DNA of 63,764 bases, the filler included, from Reticulomyxa filosa (taxonomy: Eukaryota; Protista; Foraminifera), in assembly GCA_000512085.1 (NCBI GenBank). It is 24 parts of 24 records of this genome, joined end to end, with 100 filler letters (N's around TTAATTAATTAA, not from the genome) between each part and the next. Parts side by side here need not be neighbours in the genome. Positions count along the whole stretch, not along the records: positions 62,673 to 63,764 come from ASPP01011375.1; 23 more parts are not named here. One strand, written 5' to 3'. The position numbers were made by a program, and so were the translations under genes. Under the pieces are notes generated by a model. That model did no database searches and was not told the origin of the DNA. It saw only the letters and a program-made list of their open reading frames with translations. Numbering within the stretch: position 1 is the stretch's first letter; the number at the start of each line of letters is the position of its first letter. Shown here piece after piece: positions 63,698-63,764 of this stretch.

Positions 63698-63764
<67 letters not shown>
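62722..63764 (+). CDS. Frizzled/Smoothened-like (class F) GPCR, ECL2-TM7 and cytoplasmic tail
   Basis: GIEAYQSNGVCFL (ECL2), TM5 FGIIPTILL, TM6 RRLIAFALLSVIPAVIVLSLQLY, Cys-containing long ECL3 (WLHC...DDC); intron 63192-63339, then NVGVLLLTCHRRTIDRW. Confidence 0.75.
63698..63764 (+). repeat. (AAT)n microsatellite at window end
   Basis: About 22 AAT units read directly. Confidence 0.95.

Noticed and set aside
1-63764. tRNA, rRNA or CRISPR arrays
   Set aside because: None recognised by eye; tRNAscan-SE and Infernal would be needed to exclude small RNAs.

Overview
This window is not one locus. It is 24 short, unrelated contigs joined by an artificial 100-nt linker (N44-TTAATTAATTAA-N44), so adjacency across linkers has no biological meaning. 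About 22 contigs come from an AT-rich, intron-containing protist genome. The homopolymer- and microsatellite-filled introns, abundant pseudogenes and AT-rich TPR/WD40/caspase-like/Kelch families suggest the foraminiferan Reticulomyxa filosa or a relative (my inference, not checked). Recognisable eukaryotic genes, mostly partial: serine palmitoyltransferase LCB2, a GNAT acetyltransferase, an SLC35A sugar transporter, a zf-UBP ubiquitin protease, an EF-hand membrane protein, TPR and WD40 proteins, a degenerate G-alpha, PIP5K, a caspase/paracaspase-like protease, a C2H2 zinc finger, a mitochondrial carrier, a CNG/EAG-type channel, an ATXR3/SDG2-like SET protein, MSH3, a GPCR-PIPK-type 7TM region and a Frizzled/Smoothened-like receptor. 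Two contigs are bacterial. 28229-32125 is AT-rich and endosymbiont-like, with an orphan J-domain protein, a hydrophobic-hairpin protein, an IS982 remnant and an IS1-family fragment. 32226-33252 is a GC-richer PEP-CTERM/exosortase A locus. Most notable observations: (1) splice signals with mostly GTT donors and poly(A)-AG acceptors; (2) a class F GPCR with an RTxxxW motif exposed only after splicing; (3) a DEP domain fused to a mercuric-reductase-like enzyme within a cluster of deletion-riddled pseudogenes; (4) a caspase-like protease alongside variable TPR/WD40 arrays; (5) the putative endosymbiont effector locus. Many single-base frameshifts fall in homopolymers and are probably sequencing errors.
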